A DNA stretch of 64,000 bases from Camelus ferus (Eukaryota), in contig NC_045696.1 of NCBI RefSeq assembly GCF_009834535.1, forward strand, positions 9,550,001-9,614,000. Reading direction: 5' to 3'. The notes beneath the pieces are model-generated. The model did not search any database. It saw only the letters and a list, made by a program, of their open reading frames with translations, and was not told the DNA's origin. Positions 1 to 12,390 of this stretch are shown in pieces (position 1 is the stretch's first letter; each line of letters begins with the position of its first letter). The translations under genes and the position numbers were made by a program.

Positions 1-339
1 TCATGTGTGAGGAGTGAATTGTCAAGAAGTTCCTTGATTCTCATCTGTGGGCTTCTAACCGGGTGGGGGGAGCGGCCACCCCCTCTGCTTGCTCTGCTCG
101 GTTTCCTGCTCCCGTGAGAGATGAGCTGAGGACGGATCTGAGGAAGGCATTCTCAGTGTCCAGAATATTCAGTTCCGATATGTCTTGTTTTGGACAGGTT
201 ATTAGAAGTGGATTGTTTTGAAAACAAAGCGCACTGTGAGGACATCAAAGGAGACTCACTCCTGTCATCTTAAGTCTCTGAAGGTGGAGCTGGTAAGACA
301 GTTTGTGTGGTTCGTGCTTCTGGTGGCTGAATGGGACAT

Positions 340-600
340 TTGCTCATTCACGCATGCATGTCTGCGTCCTGTGAATATTTACTGTGCTCCTACCATATAC
401 CAGACACCGTTCTGGTCTTTGGGATACATGGGAACTGCCCAAGCAAAGATCTCTGCCCTCAATAGCTTACAGAAGCTTATTGTTTGGGAAGACAAACAAT
501 AAACAATGAACATAATAAACAAGAAAACTGCACTATATCAGCAGGTGGTAAGTACTCTGGAAAAAGGGACAGCAAGATAAGGGTGATGAGTAGGGAGGAG
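340..600. mobile_element. L2 LINE 3' fragment (approximate)
   Basis: tcattcacgcatgc...gaatatttactgtgctcctaccatataccagacaccgttctgg...atctctgccctc has the typical L2 3'-end pattern. Confidence 0.55.
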
Positions 601-3600
601 GGATGAAAACTATGCTGTATTATTAGCAATTACTCATGGCCTTAAACCTTTTTAGAAATAAGGTGGGATGCAGACATATATAACTATATTAATAGTATAA
701 ATTTTAAAATACAAAATAAATAATGTTAATAAAATAAACACGAAAATAATTTCAATGCTATTATACTACATTAGAGAGGTTTTCATTTGGTTGCCCACTG
801 AGCTCTTTCCAGAGCGTCTTACACTTTATTATTTCCTCTCACAGTCACATTGTAGTTGAATTGAATTTAATGCTTTGCATCCTTGTTCAACTCAGCAACC
901 CCTTATGGAATCATTCTGGGTGCTGGAGTGGGGATAAGGTGAGCAAAACACCTCTTCTCGAGCTTCTGGAAGGAAGTGTACAGACAAGCGCACAGATGAT
1001 ATGAGCGGTTCAAAGGAGGGGAGGGGAGGGGACATCTGGTAGGGGCTTCGTATCCAGGTTGGCATAGGAGCCCGCTTTTGGAAGACCAGTAGGATTTTAG
1101 CAAGCAAACATGGTGGCTGTGCCCCTGTTGCAGAGAGAGCATCAAAAGCAAGAGATACGGAAGTTGTGGGCTTATTCCATGCCTCCCAAAACTCTGTGGT
1201 ATAGTCAGAGGAGGTTCCATTTTTCCCAGTTTTCAGATGAGGAAACTGAGGCTCCCCAAATTCATTTAATTTGCTGAAGGTGAGTTTCTTCCTTCTGTGG
1301 GACTTCAGCTACCCTGCTGGAGTCTGGAAACCCTCCACGCCAACATGCTTGTACTTTTTCCCATGTTGAGTTTGACCAGGTCCCTTTCCTCGGCTCCCTG
1401 GTTCACATTTCTGTCCTTCACATCCCAAAGCTCCTCTCGGTCACATGCAGAGAGGTCTGGGAAGCTCTTGGTCCTGTGACCAGACTCAAGAGCCCCACCC
1501 CACATCCAGCAGGGAGGCGACAGAAAGCCCTTTTCAGATCTGTGAGGACAGCCGGATGCTGTGCTTCTGCACCAGTTTCACCCTGAGTTTTGGAGGCCCC
1601 GCCGCCTAGTGACTCCCCTCTCGGGACAGAGGAAGGTGCGAAGCCCAAGGCAAAGGCAGCTGCCTGCCTGGGAGGGTCTGGGTCCCACTGGCTTCTTCTC
1701 TGCTAGGAGGTAAATACATCTCCAGAATTTGGAGCTAGTGCTGTGATAAAGATGAAAACAGTTGACAGTTATTTCCAAAGAAAATTGGCTCATAGAATTT
1801 TTGACAGTAAGATTATAGTCACCCAAATTAAGCTTATCCATAATTGTTCCTACTGCAATTCTGCTTCAAGACTGGATGCTCTTTTAGGGATACTTAAGGA
1901 ATGCTGTTAAGAATGACAGGCATGTCGTCCCCATCCCACCTGGGTAAGTGAGCTCAGGTCCCAGAGAGCCCCGTGGCTTGTCTAGGGCTAAGCCAGGGCT
2001 GGAACTCAGATCCTTTAGCTGGAGATCAGACATTCCGCCTTCCCCGACTTGCCCCCAGAATCTTTCCCTCTCAAAAGAGAGGCTGGAGTCAGCCACAAAA
2101 GCCTTCCTCTTTCTGTAAGCACATAGAACGAATGGGGAGGGGGGGGTGCAGTACTAGGAAATCTGTTTTAAAAGCCTCCAGGCTCTTATCAGCGCTGATA
2201 GGAGCCGGAGCTGGAACACGTAGGGAAATGCAGGAGGGCAGTGTGTGCCGGGAAGGGGGTGACATCACCCGCTGCCCCCCTCCTCTGGGTGCGCGGGGGT
2301 GCTTGCAGAACCCTGGGGCACTGGAGGCCCAGTTGGCCTCCATTTGTGGCTGTTCAGCTCAGCTCAGCTGCCCAGAGCCCCAGATTCTGAGTGGTTCTCA
2401 GTAGGCCAGCAGCTCTCGGTTTAAACTTTAAAGAAAAAAAAATTACACTAACTTTGATTAGGAGCAGTGTCTATGTCTCATGAAGGCTCAAACAGGCAGA
2501 AGCAGAAACTTCTAGAACACCCCACCCCTTCTTTCTGAGCATCAAACTGGTTGTGTTTGGAGCTGAACCTTCCTGGTTCCTGCTGTTTCTGCCTCCTTCA
2601 GCTCCCTATTCATCCTGGAAGCTACAAAAAGCTATGATTCTCCCCGGTCGGGGAGAGGGGTCCTCTGATGGCAGATTTAGGTCAGAAACCAGCCCCCAGT
2701 TGGGTAGACCCAGTTTCACCTGATACAAGTGGCCAGCTCCTCCGTTCCTTTGAGCCCAAATAATCTGCCTTCTCTCTGCAAGGTCCTGGGAATTCCCTTT
2801 TCTATGTTAATAAAATGTGAGTCCATGGCTAAAAGATTAACATTTAGATGTATTTTGATAGGAGTCATGACCTTGGGCAAGTCAGCTCACCTCCAGGGGA
2901 CTCAGTTGTCTACCAAGTTAAGACTGTTGGATCAGCTGGTCTCCAAACCCATTTGAGTCCCACAGTCTTAAACTGTGGCCAGGGGGCAATGCTTTGGCAT
3001 TATAATGGATGTGAAATTGGAGAACGAAAGTTAAGCCCCCAGTGTTCATGTAGGTTGAGTCCTGTGTCATTTACACCATGCTGGCCATTACAGGATGTTG
3101 CCAAACTCATTTTGTGGCTCATTTGGCAAAAATATCATGTGACCCAGCATGCAGGCCTTGGGGGCACAGAAGGCATTTAGCAAAAGCAGTATAATCAATT
3201 AAGTGTAAAGTAAGAAAAAGATTTTTCTTTAAAAATGCAGAGTTGTTATGTGAAAGGCCGTTCATTAACTTGGCTTTTCTGGTCCAGTATGAAGCTCCGA
3301 CATGCTCATCAAAACTGAAGGTGCCAGCGTGAGCTAGGGTGGGGGGAGCTGAGGTCACGGGGGTGGCTTGAGAATTTCTCTCTGCACCTTCTCTTCACAT
3401 TACATCAGGGATGTGCAAGACTGAAAAATAAAATCCGAAAAGCAAACAAGATTTGAAAATTATGCTATGAAACTATTACTTCTCTTCTTCAAAGTTCCTC
3501 CGGTTCCCTTGCGGCACAAAAGACTGACTGGTCTATTTCCTGAGGGTCAAGACCATGGCTCTGTGGTTCTCAGTCGACGCTACCAAGTAAGATCACTTGG

Positions 3601-3639
3601 GAAGCTTCTAAAAGTCCCAGTGCCAGACAGGGACCCAGA

Positions 3640-3810
3640 CCAAGGGTCTCCCTCTTCTTCTAAGGCCACTGTCCTCTCAGATTAAGGCTTTAGCTTTCTG
3701 ACCTCATGTAACCTTAATTCCCTCCTAAAGACCCTGCCTCCAGCTACATCACAGTAGGGGTTAGGGCTTGAACGAGTGAATTGGGGGAGGACACAATTTG
3801 GTCCACAGCA
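3640..3810 (-). mobile_element. MaLR (MLT1-type) LTR fragment
   Basis: gacctcatgtaaccttaattccctcctaaagaccctgcctcca...ggggttagggctt...gggggaggacacaatttggtccacagca is the typical antisense MLT1 5' end. Confidence 0.7.
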
Positions 3811-4170
3811 CATACACTGAAATGCACCCATTCGATACAATGTGTGTATTAAGGGAGCTCGTTCTGGTGATCACCTGTGGAATTAAGGGCTGGGAGTGGG
3901 GAACAGAAATAAAGGTGAATCAACTGATCAGCTGCTCGATCAAGAGAGGAGACTGTGCAGGTCCGCGGGGGCACACACCATGACTGATGTGTCTGGTAGG
4001 GTACCTCTCTCATTGAGATTTTCTTTTAAATTGTGTGCCCATGTGTGTGTGCATGTGTGTCTGCGTGAGGGGGAAGGACAGTACATATTTTTTGACTTAG
4101 GTTGCGCTTTTCTTTTAGAAGGTTTTCCTGGGGGAGCTCCCTGTCCAGCACTGAAACCCTGAAGGCCAGG

Positions 4171-4560
4171 ATGATCCTGCCCAATGCCACAGCCGTGACG
4201 CCCTTTCTGACCACGCTGTGGCAAGGGACAGTTCAACAGGGCAGCAATTCATCCGGCCTGGCCCGCAGGGCCCCCGGTCATGATGACAGCAGGCTGGCCG
4301 CCCTCTACATCCTCATGGTTCTTGGCTTTTTCGGCTTCTTCACGCTGGGCATCATGCTGAGTTACATCCGCTCCAAGAAACTGGAGCACTCCCGAGACCC
4401 ATTCAACGTGTACATCGAGTCTGACGCCTGGCAGGAGAAGGACAAGGCGTACTTCCAGGAGCGGATTCTGGAGAGCTGCAGGGCGTGCTACGTCGTTGAA
4501 AACCAGCTGGCTGCCGAACGACCCAATGCATACCTTCCCGAGAGGAAGCCTTCGTTGTGA
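4171..4560 (+). CDS. KCNE1: Potassium voltage-gated channel subfamily E member 1 (minK/IsK), 129 aa, single coding exon
   Basis: ATG at 4171 (gccaggATGatc) to TGA at 4558-4560. Protein [13 protein letters not shown]...[48 protein letters not shown] is minK, with the FTL 57-59 triplet, D76, S102 and sequons N5/N26. A polypyrimidine tract and AG acceptor (tcttttagaag) lie at 4111-4121. The ORF-track start at 4102 is intronic. Confidence 0.99.
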   Translation: MILPNATAVTPFLTTLWQGTVQQGSNSSGLARRAPGHDDSRLAALYILMVLGFFGFFTLGIMLSYIRSKKLEHSRDPFNVYIESDAWQEKDKAYFQERILESCRACYVVENQLAAERPNAYLPERKPSL

Positions 4561-5644
4561 CCCGCCACAACTGGTTTAAACTAGACCGAGTCTCCCTGAT
4601 GATCTGGTTTTTCTAATCACAAGGTCCTTGTACTCTTTATCATATGGATGTAATTGGTTTTTTTTTTCTATTGTAAGGGGTGAGGGGTGGATTAACAACA
4701 CTATATTTCTAGAAATTACATTCCTCCTCTAACCGACTGTCAGCAGTTCTCCGGTGTCTGTGTCTGCCTTGTCAATTCCAGCAGCATCCCTAGGCCGTGG
4801 CCTCTGAGACTAAGAGCTGTGTCTCCCAGACTCCCTTGCAGCTGGCGAGGTCACGCGACAAAGTTCTGGCCGGTAGAACTGGAGTGATGTGCGCAGTTTC
4901 CGAGTGATCCTTGAGAAAGAAAGGATGTTCCTCGACTCCCCTTCCTCTCTTCCCAGTGGGACTGGGTGAGGTGTGAGCCAGCCCTGGCTCTGGAAAAGGA
5001 CAGTGTATTCACAGAGTGCAAAGCAGCAAGAGGCTAGGTCCTTGGGCAATGACATGGGGCGTCCACCATGGGGCAGCTACCAGCTCAGGCTTTATAGGAA
5101 AGAGACACTAATTTCGATCTTCCTTAAGCCACTGTTATGTTGGCTTTAACAGCAGCAGAATCAATATCCTAACTTATACGCCTACCTTATGAAACTAAGA
5201 CCGAAGACATAATGTTCCCATCTTTGTCACAAGCACACTTCCCCACTGGTTACAGGACAAGACTTACTCTCCCTTTTCACTTCTATCCTCACTCCTGTGG
5301 CTCAGTTCTCTTCCTGCTTTCCTGCCTCCCACTCCTCCCTTATGCCCACCCTTCCTCACACACACCTCCCCCCGCCCGCAGACACACATTCACATGCACA
5401 GCCACACACATGCACGCAGACACACAGATGCACAAGGACACACACGCGCACTTCCTACTCACACAGCCTAATCTCCGTCCTACAGGACTGAGATGCAGGG
5501 GAAAAAAAAAAATCCCACTTCAGAATGTGAACCAAGGGGAAGGGGCTCAGTTATCATGGTGGGAAGGAGGGCTGCCCTCCCTGCCCTCAGGAGCCCAGGG
5601 GAAGGCCTGGGTGTGGGCTGATGTCAACACACAAGGTGAGGTGC

Positions 5645-6045
5645 CTGTTGTGGTTGAAACCTGTCCCCCCAAAAGATACCTTCAAGTCCTAACCCCAGTA
5701 CCTGTGAGTGCCACCTTTTCTGGAAATAAGGTCCTTGCAGATGTGATCAAGGAAGGTAAGGTCCTAGGGGTGGGCCCTAACCCGATATGACTGATGTCCT
5801 GACGAAAAGAGACGATTTGGGCAGAGACTGGAGTGATGCAGCTGCCAATCAAGGACCACCAAGGGCTGATGGCTACCACTAGGAGCTGGGGGAGGCAGGA
5901 GCGAGTCTCCCTGACAGCTTTCAGAAGAAGCATGGCCCCATGACACCACAGTTTCAAATTTCTGGTGCCCAGAACTGTAAGATGAAGGGTTTCTATTGCT
6001 TGAAGCCGCTCAGGTTGGGCTACTTTGTTCCAGCAGCCACGGGGA
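5645..6045 (+). mobile_element. MaLR (MLT1B/C-like) solo LTR
   Basis: gtcctaaccccagtacctgtgagtg...ggaaataaggtccttgcagatgtgatcaag...cagaactgtaaga...tttgttccagcagccac follows the MLT1 consensus. Confidence 0.75.
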
Positions 6046-9000
6046 GCTCAGTCAGTGCCTCTCCCCCTATCCCCCCCACCCCCAACAGCACTTTCCTCCA
6101 GTCCCTTCTCCTCCGGAGACAGAGGTCCCCTTGGAAGCTTCCCTCCTTGCTGAGAGGTGGGAAGGGGATTCAGGGGTAGGTGTGGACGGTACCAGGGGAC
6201 GTGCTCACAGCAGTGGAAGAAGCCTCATGAGCCTGGCCTGTCCTGAGAAACCACGGAGGATGCGGACCCTTGGTCTCCGCCCTCTTCCCCGGCTGCTCCG
6301 GGTCGTCTGCACCGTCCTGAAAACAGTCCTGCTGGGGCATTCCTGAAGCGGGTGGAATACTTAAATAAAACATCCTTGTTAGAAAATGGCACAGAATATA
6401 AATTAACAGCAGCAGGTAAGCATCACTGGCCATCCTCCAGTCCTTGCTTCACATGACGGACAGGGGTGCCTCTGCGGGCTTGGAGGCAGGGTTCCTGATG
6501 GGCCATCTCTGGGGCAGAAGCCTGGCAGGGGTTCCCACAGTCCTCGAGACATGTGATTCTTTGGGTCAGAGCCCTTTGGAAATCTAATGAAAGCAAATGA
6601 CACTCCCCCAGCTCCCAAATTGCACACAGACACAGCATTTTGCCCACCATCTTGGACGTTCCTGGGCCACCTGAAAATCCGTTCTTGGTTCTAAGCCCAC
6701 CTGTGACTGCTGGCATCTCCTGGCCCCATGTGACTTCCCTGCTGGGACAGACACAGATGGCCCCTAGTGAAGGAACGCAGGCCGACGGCTGGGTTTGGAG
6801 AGGGACCCAGAGCGCACGTGGTCTGCAATGTGAGTCGCAGCGGCGGGCCGCTGGGGTATTCCGGGCACACAGACTGGCTCTTTATCACCGGTTCACTCTC
6901 CCCCCCGAGATTCCTGCCACCTTCAAGGCACAGGGAGATCCCGTGAGCTTTAGTCCTCGCCGTCCTTGGAGGACCAGGCGTTCAGTTCACTTCCCCGCAC
7001 CCCTCAAACCTCTTGTGTTCACATGTTCACGTGTTGAAATGCTTGTTACCATATTTAAAAACTTAGTTTAACATGCTGCAGTGTCTGCTACGTGCCAAGT
7101 ACTTCTCTGAGTGCTTTCCAGCTAGAATCTCAGCATTTTGTGTGCAATGTTTTATGTATTCACTGGATAAGACAACATGTCTTTTGAGATATTAATAACA
7201 TCTTTCTTTAAAACACCAGAGTCTTTTATCATGATCTGTGGTGTATGTTTTGTTAATATCACTATGATACCTTTGAAATGTGGATGTGGGTTCTTAGAGG
7301 GGCTCTGATGAGGCAGCCGCAGGGGCTCGGGAATAAGGAAGTAAGATTGCCTGTGGATGAACTCTGCCCTCGACGCCCGCGATCCTACAGGCAGAAAGCA
7401 AGTGGCAAAGCCCCAGGTGGAGCTGGAGGCAGACCTTCTAAGGGAGAGGCTGAGGCTGCCACTGAATCCCAGGCGTCCCCAGCCAGCTGCGAATTCAGGC
7501 ACCGTCGTGAGGGACTTGTGGGTTTTTAAGAGAAGCTGGAAATCTGGATATTTATTTGAAATCCCCTGATTTTTAAATGTTGGCAATTAGTTCCATTTTT
7601 TTTTTAATGTCTGGGCCAAAGAATATATGACCTTGAACTGAATTCTGCTCAAAGACCACTGACTTAACCACCTATGCTTTAAAGAGAAAGAATAGCTCTG
7701 GGCCAGCTCCAGGCCACACTTGATAGAAAGCAGAGTCAGGGGGAGGGTCCTGAGTCTGGAGGGCTGCCTGGCCATGGTGGCAGAGGCGGGCGGAGCAATC
7801 CCGCAGGTGTGGTCCTGGCCAGTGGACCCTCAGACCCCAGCCCTGTGAAGGGTCGCTGCATTGGGCTGGCTTCCCCTGGCACCACCAGGACATCCTATTC
7901 AGATGCCAGGCCCCTCACTCTCTATCAGTGTAAGGGAGGGCATCATAACGCTGATTCTGATCCGCAGTCACTTGGAATTCGTTGTGGAATCTGCCCAGGA
8001 GAGGTGGACCTACTCTTTGAGCAGACAGATTGAGCCTCCTACAAGACTGACGGCTGACCGTGGGCTGCGGTCCACTAGCCAACACCAAGAATGTCCTGGC
8101 ACCTCACCTCTCCTGGGGTCACCTGGCCTGGCTGGGCAAAGGGCACTGGATGAGCTATGCCACGTGTAATTAATTCACTGGACCGCGGCCTTGGAGAGCA
8201 AGCTCTCTGAAGGTTAACTAGACCACGGCTGTCACTTAACTGCTGAGAAAACTGAGGTTCAGTGAGGTCCACGGACACACCCAAGGTCATCAGTTGCCTG
8301 AAGGAGGAAGCCAGCAGGAGGTCTGCTTGCATCACTTCCAGCCCTCACTCCTCCAGCTGCACCAACAGGTCAAGGGCTCCTGGGGGCCTGGGAGGTGGGG
8401 AAGGAATGACAGAGCTCTGATTTTATTCTTTTCTATACACTAACTCAACTTGATCATCTTTTATAGGATACACTTACTAATATCAGACAGTTTAATTTCA
8501 AAAAAGACCCTAATACCATCTGCACTGTACACCCAGAGGTCTGCTTAGAAAGATGTAAGGTGATCAGCAGACTAGCTGGGCCATTCCAAAAAAAAAAAAA
8601 AAAAAAGAGAAAGAAAGAAAAAGAAAAAGGCAGACTGAGCCAAAAGCAAGCCAAATTGCAAGTTCTAAGAATATGGTTTGAAATATGGTCATTGCCCTGG
8701 CTCTGAAATTCAGTCTCCCCTCAGGATACTGTGGTAACACGACAGTAGCCACAAAAAGAATTAGAAACAAGCTGACAGGCAGGGAAAACTGTTACAGATG
8801 GCACAACCTTTGTATCTCCAGGCAAGGCTGTGCTGAGCGCAGATTAATGTGTGTGGCTCTCTCCAGAGGACGCCCGATCTTAAATCCGTATCAGTAGATG
8901 ACTTCCCTATGGGCACAAATGATACATAAATACTAAATCGGATTAAGGGAGGTAACCAAAGGCTATGAGGGCTTGAGGACAAAAGAAATGTACAGAAAGC

Positions 9001-9235
9001 TAAGAATGGATTGATAAGGGGCGGTAAATTCTTCAAGTAAGCAAGATGCATTGGATACATAAAACCAATCTAAATCCAAATACAAAAGAGAGTCAGATTT
9101 AGAGCAATTGGTCCCTCAGGCTCACTGGTGTGTCAATCTACTTGAGGTCAGTAAAGCCGGGTATCACAGATACTTCCAGAAATACTGGGGTGTGTCTGCC
9201 AGTCTCCAAGTGCGGAGGAAGGCGCTCTGCGTGCG

Positions 9236-9253
9236 GCTGCCCCCTGGTGGTCA
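9236..9253 (-). promoter_or_regulatory. CTCF consensus motif
   Basis: The reverse complement TGACCACCAGGGGGCAGC matches the CTCF core CCACCAGGGGGC. Occupancy is not shown by sequence. Confidence 0.6.
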
Positions 9254-9969
9254 TGTTGAGAATTTCTCAATGTCCGGGGAGCCTGAGCTCCTGGAGGCAG
9301 TGAGGTTCTCCGGGCGGACTTTAGACATTCTCTGGGCGGGGGCTTAACTCCTACTCACTCATCAGGTGCAGTGGGACAGGGCCCACCGTGGACACAATTA
9401 TGAAACAGGAGGGAGAGAGAGAAGGAGGCCTCTGGAAGGGAGGCGCCCGCTCTGAGCAGGGGCGCTGGGGCCTCAGAATTCTTGGAAAGTTGCTAGGACA
9501 CCTCTCCCTTCCTTTGTGCCGGAACCTGCCCCTCCCCTTTCCAGGAATAGCTCTTCATCATCCTCTCCAGCCTCACCCAGACCTAAGCTCCTTTCCATTC
9601 CAGGCTGTCACCGAAGAGGCTCAGCAAATTCGGGTCACAATAAACTGAGGGATACCGTCACGGAGAGGAGAAAAGGGGAAAGCTGCTGCTTGTCTAGGGC
9701 TGGTCCCTAGTGGAGGCGGGGTCCCTGCCCCCCACGGCCGGAGCTGCTGGCCCACCCCTCTCTCTCCACTGGGCATTGCCCCTGTCACTCTAGACCGTCC
9801 CCAGGAGCAGGCTGCCCTCCGAGTTTCAGAGATCTAATGCCGTGCGAAAGAGTGCGAGGAGGGGGCTAGGGGCTGGGCTCACTCCCGGGGTCCGGAGGGC
9901 TTCCCCCAGGACAAGGAGGGGGCTCTGGGGTAACCTGATGATCAAAGACCTTAAGGTAGCATGGGGCAG

Positions 9970-10268
9970 CTTCTGGTGTACAGCATAGTGATTCAGCTAC
10001 ATATATATATATTATATATATTCTATTTTACATTCATTTTCATTGTAAGTTATTACAAGTTATTGAATATCATATAATATCACTTATTTGTGGGATCTAA
10101 AAAAAAATGATACAAATGAACCTATTTATAAAACAGAAACAGACCCCCAGACATAGAAAACAAACTTACAGTAACCAGAGGGTAAAGCAGTAAAGAGGGA
10201 TAAATTAGGAGTTTGGGATTTGCAGATACATACTACCATATATAAAATCGGTAAACAACAAGGTCCTA
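9970..10268. mobile_element. Cetartiodactyl-type L1 3'UTR fragment with internal inversion
   Basis: 10066-10268 is sense L1 3'UTR (atatcacttatttgtgggatctaaaaaaaaatgatacaaatgaacc...gagggataaattaggagtttggg...aacaacaaggtcct). 9970-10070 is the antisense of the next, more 3' segment. Confidence 0.75.
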
Positions 10269-10314
10269 ACTGCTTTTTGAACATAGCTTTTCTGTGAGAA
10301 TCCAGTGAGCGATC

Positions 10315-10742
10315 ATACTAATTTCTTGTGGCTGCCATAAACAATTATCACAAAATCTGTGGCTGGAAACAACAGGAGTGTATCCTCTCACAGTCCTAGA
10401 GGCCAGAGTCCCAAATCCAGGTGTCGGTGGGGTTCCACTCCCTCTGGGGCTTTAGAGGAGGACCCTTCCAGCCTCTTGCCGTTTCTGGCATCTCCAGGCA
10501 TCCTTGGCTTGTGGCTGAATCCCTCCAACCTCTGTCTCCATCTCACTTGGCCTTCTCCTCTATGTATGTGTCTATTCTTCTTCTTATAAGGACACCCACC
10601 AGCCGTGGGATTTGGGACACCACCCTAATTCAGGATGATCTCATTTGGACTCTTCCCTTAATTACATCTGCAATGACCTTGTGTCCAAACAGGGTACATT
10701 TTGAGATTCTGGGTGGACATGGATTTTATTCAAGCCACTACA
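10315..10742 (-). mobile_element. MaLR (MLT1C-like) LTR
   Basis: ggctgccataaacaattatcac...tctcacagtcctagaggccagagtcccaaatccaggtgtcgg...tcttataaggacac...caggatgatctcat...taattacatctgcaatgacc. Confidence 0.75.
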
Positions 10743-11342
10743 ATGATTCTAGGCCATGGGTTTAGACAGTGCCTGGCACACAACAGGCACTTAATACTTG
10801 TCAGTACTCTCCGTTCTCACCAAGCGGAAGTCGCTATTATGAAGCCAGCTGTGATTTTTCTCAAGTGATGTTTTCACTGCAAGTTCTCATTCCTTAACCG
10901 CGGGCTTATCACCTGTTCTGTGGCTGATCAGTCAGGGACCAATCAGGAAACGAATAACCACAGTTTGTTTCTGCGGAGAAATTGATAGGAAGAATTGGTT
11001 AAACAGGTGTTGAAGACCTGAAGAGGTGGAAATGGGAAAAGAGACTGAGAAAACGAGGAGGTGCTAAGGACAGCAGCCAGCAAACAGAGCGAGAGGGAGA
11101 GGCCGAGGGGCTTGTTACCCCGCCTCTTCTTGGAAGCCGGTCGCCCTGTGAATCCTCATCCAGGCTGCCTGAAGCCGGGGACTGGAGGGAAGATTGCTTA
11201 TTCGGGGCTGAAATGTAAACTAACCCACGTGGGTTCCTCCTCAGAGGTCAGAGGCCGCCTCCAGGGCTCCCTGGTGGGCACGTGATGGGTTGAATCTTCC
11301 TGCCTGTTTTTCTTTAAAGGGTAGCCTTTCTGATACTTGTCA

Positions 11343-11431
11343 AGAAAGGAAGAAAGGAAGGAAGGAAGGAAGGAAGGAAGGAAGGAAGGAAGGAAGGAAG
11401 GAAGGAAGGAAGGAAGGAAGGAAGGAAGGAA

Positions 11432-11495
<64 letters not shown>

Positions 11496-11601
11496 AAAGA
11501 AAGAAAGAAAGAAAGAAAGAAAGAAAAAGGAAAAGAAAGAAAGAACGAACGGAAAGAGGGAGGGAGGAAAGGAAAGGAAAGAAAGGAAAGGAAAGGAAAG
11601 G
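11343..11601 (+). repeat. Compound polypurine microsatellite (GGAA)n-(GAAA)n-(GGAAA)n
   Basis: Seen directly in the sequence. Confidence 0.97.
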
Positions 11602-12216
11602 TCCAATGTTTCAGCTATTAAGCAAGTCCCCAAAGTTGGCCAACCTGACCTCCTCCCAGTCAGGAGAGTGTGAATTCAGGGAGCAGCTGAGGGCACACAC
11701 AGACTCATGCTGCATCAAAGGAAGGAAAGAGGGAGAGAGAAAGACGTCACCACGTGGCAAGTAGAAGGCAAGGAGGGAGGCCCACGAGGTGCCATGCAGG
11801 AAGCGAGGCAGAAGGTGCATTTTCCTGGTGCACGTGTGTTCACAGGATCTTTGGGAGAAACTGAAGCCGGCATGGAAATTTTGTGTTTTTCTGCAGCCAG
11901 AGGAGGAAGAGAGCATTTGATAACTGCATTTTTAAAGCTGATTTCTTGGCTCAAAGACTTTGGGGCCTTATAGAGCACTGAGACATTCAGTGTGTCACTC
12001 CCCTCAGCTCCTAGAAGTCCCAACATGTCTGGACACACTGAACTTCAAACAGACTCAAAGTGGACATGACAGGCAGACAGACCACAGTCATTGCCCCTGT
12101 GCATGTCCCACTGCTGAAATGTGCTCAACTCCATGGGACAGCAGACCAGAAAACATCACGCAGCCAACCAGGTACAGTATGATTGGATTTTAGAGATGGA
12201 GAGGAATGTTCTGGAC

Positions 12217-12390
12217 TAGGGTTTAGCATACAATGGCCCACAGGCCAAATCCGGCCCAAGGCCTGTTTTTGTAAATAAAGTTTTATTGGAACCCAGCCAC
12301 ACATTCATTTATATACTGTCTGAGGCTGCATTCTTGTTACATGGGCAGAGTTGGGTCCTTGTGGCAGAGAGCACACTGAATCACAAATTT
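12217..12390 (+). mobile_element. MER58A-like hAT-Charlie MITE
   Basis: tggcccacaggccaaatccggccc...cctgtttttgtaaataaagttttattggaacccagccac...cattcattt follows the MER58 consensus. Confidence 0.75.

Noticed and set aside
1270..1950. Donor-like sites (gaag|GTGAGT near 1279, tgg|GTAAGT near 1944) as KCNE1 5'UTR exons; likewise a minus-strand GTAAGT at 62703-62708 for KCNE2
   Set aside because: Non-coding exons cannot be established from motif matches alone; transcript data are needed.
5212..5790. 192-aa ORF downstream of KCNE1
   Set aside because: It runs through a CA-rich simple repeat and into an MLT1 LTR, so it is a chance ORF, probably in the KCNE1 3'UTR region.
11290..11673. Lys/Glu/Arg-rich and Phe/Leu/Ser-rich ORFs (also 29926-30334)
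   Set aside because: Translations of GGAA/GAAA microsatellites.
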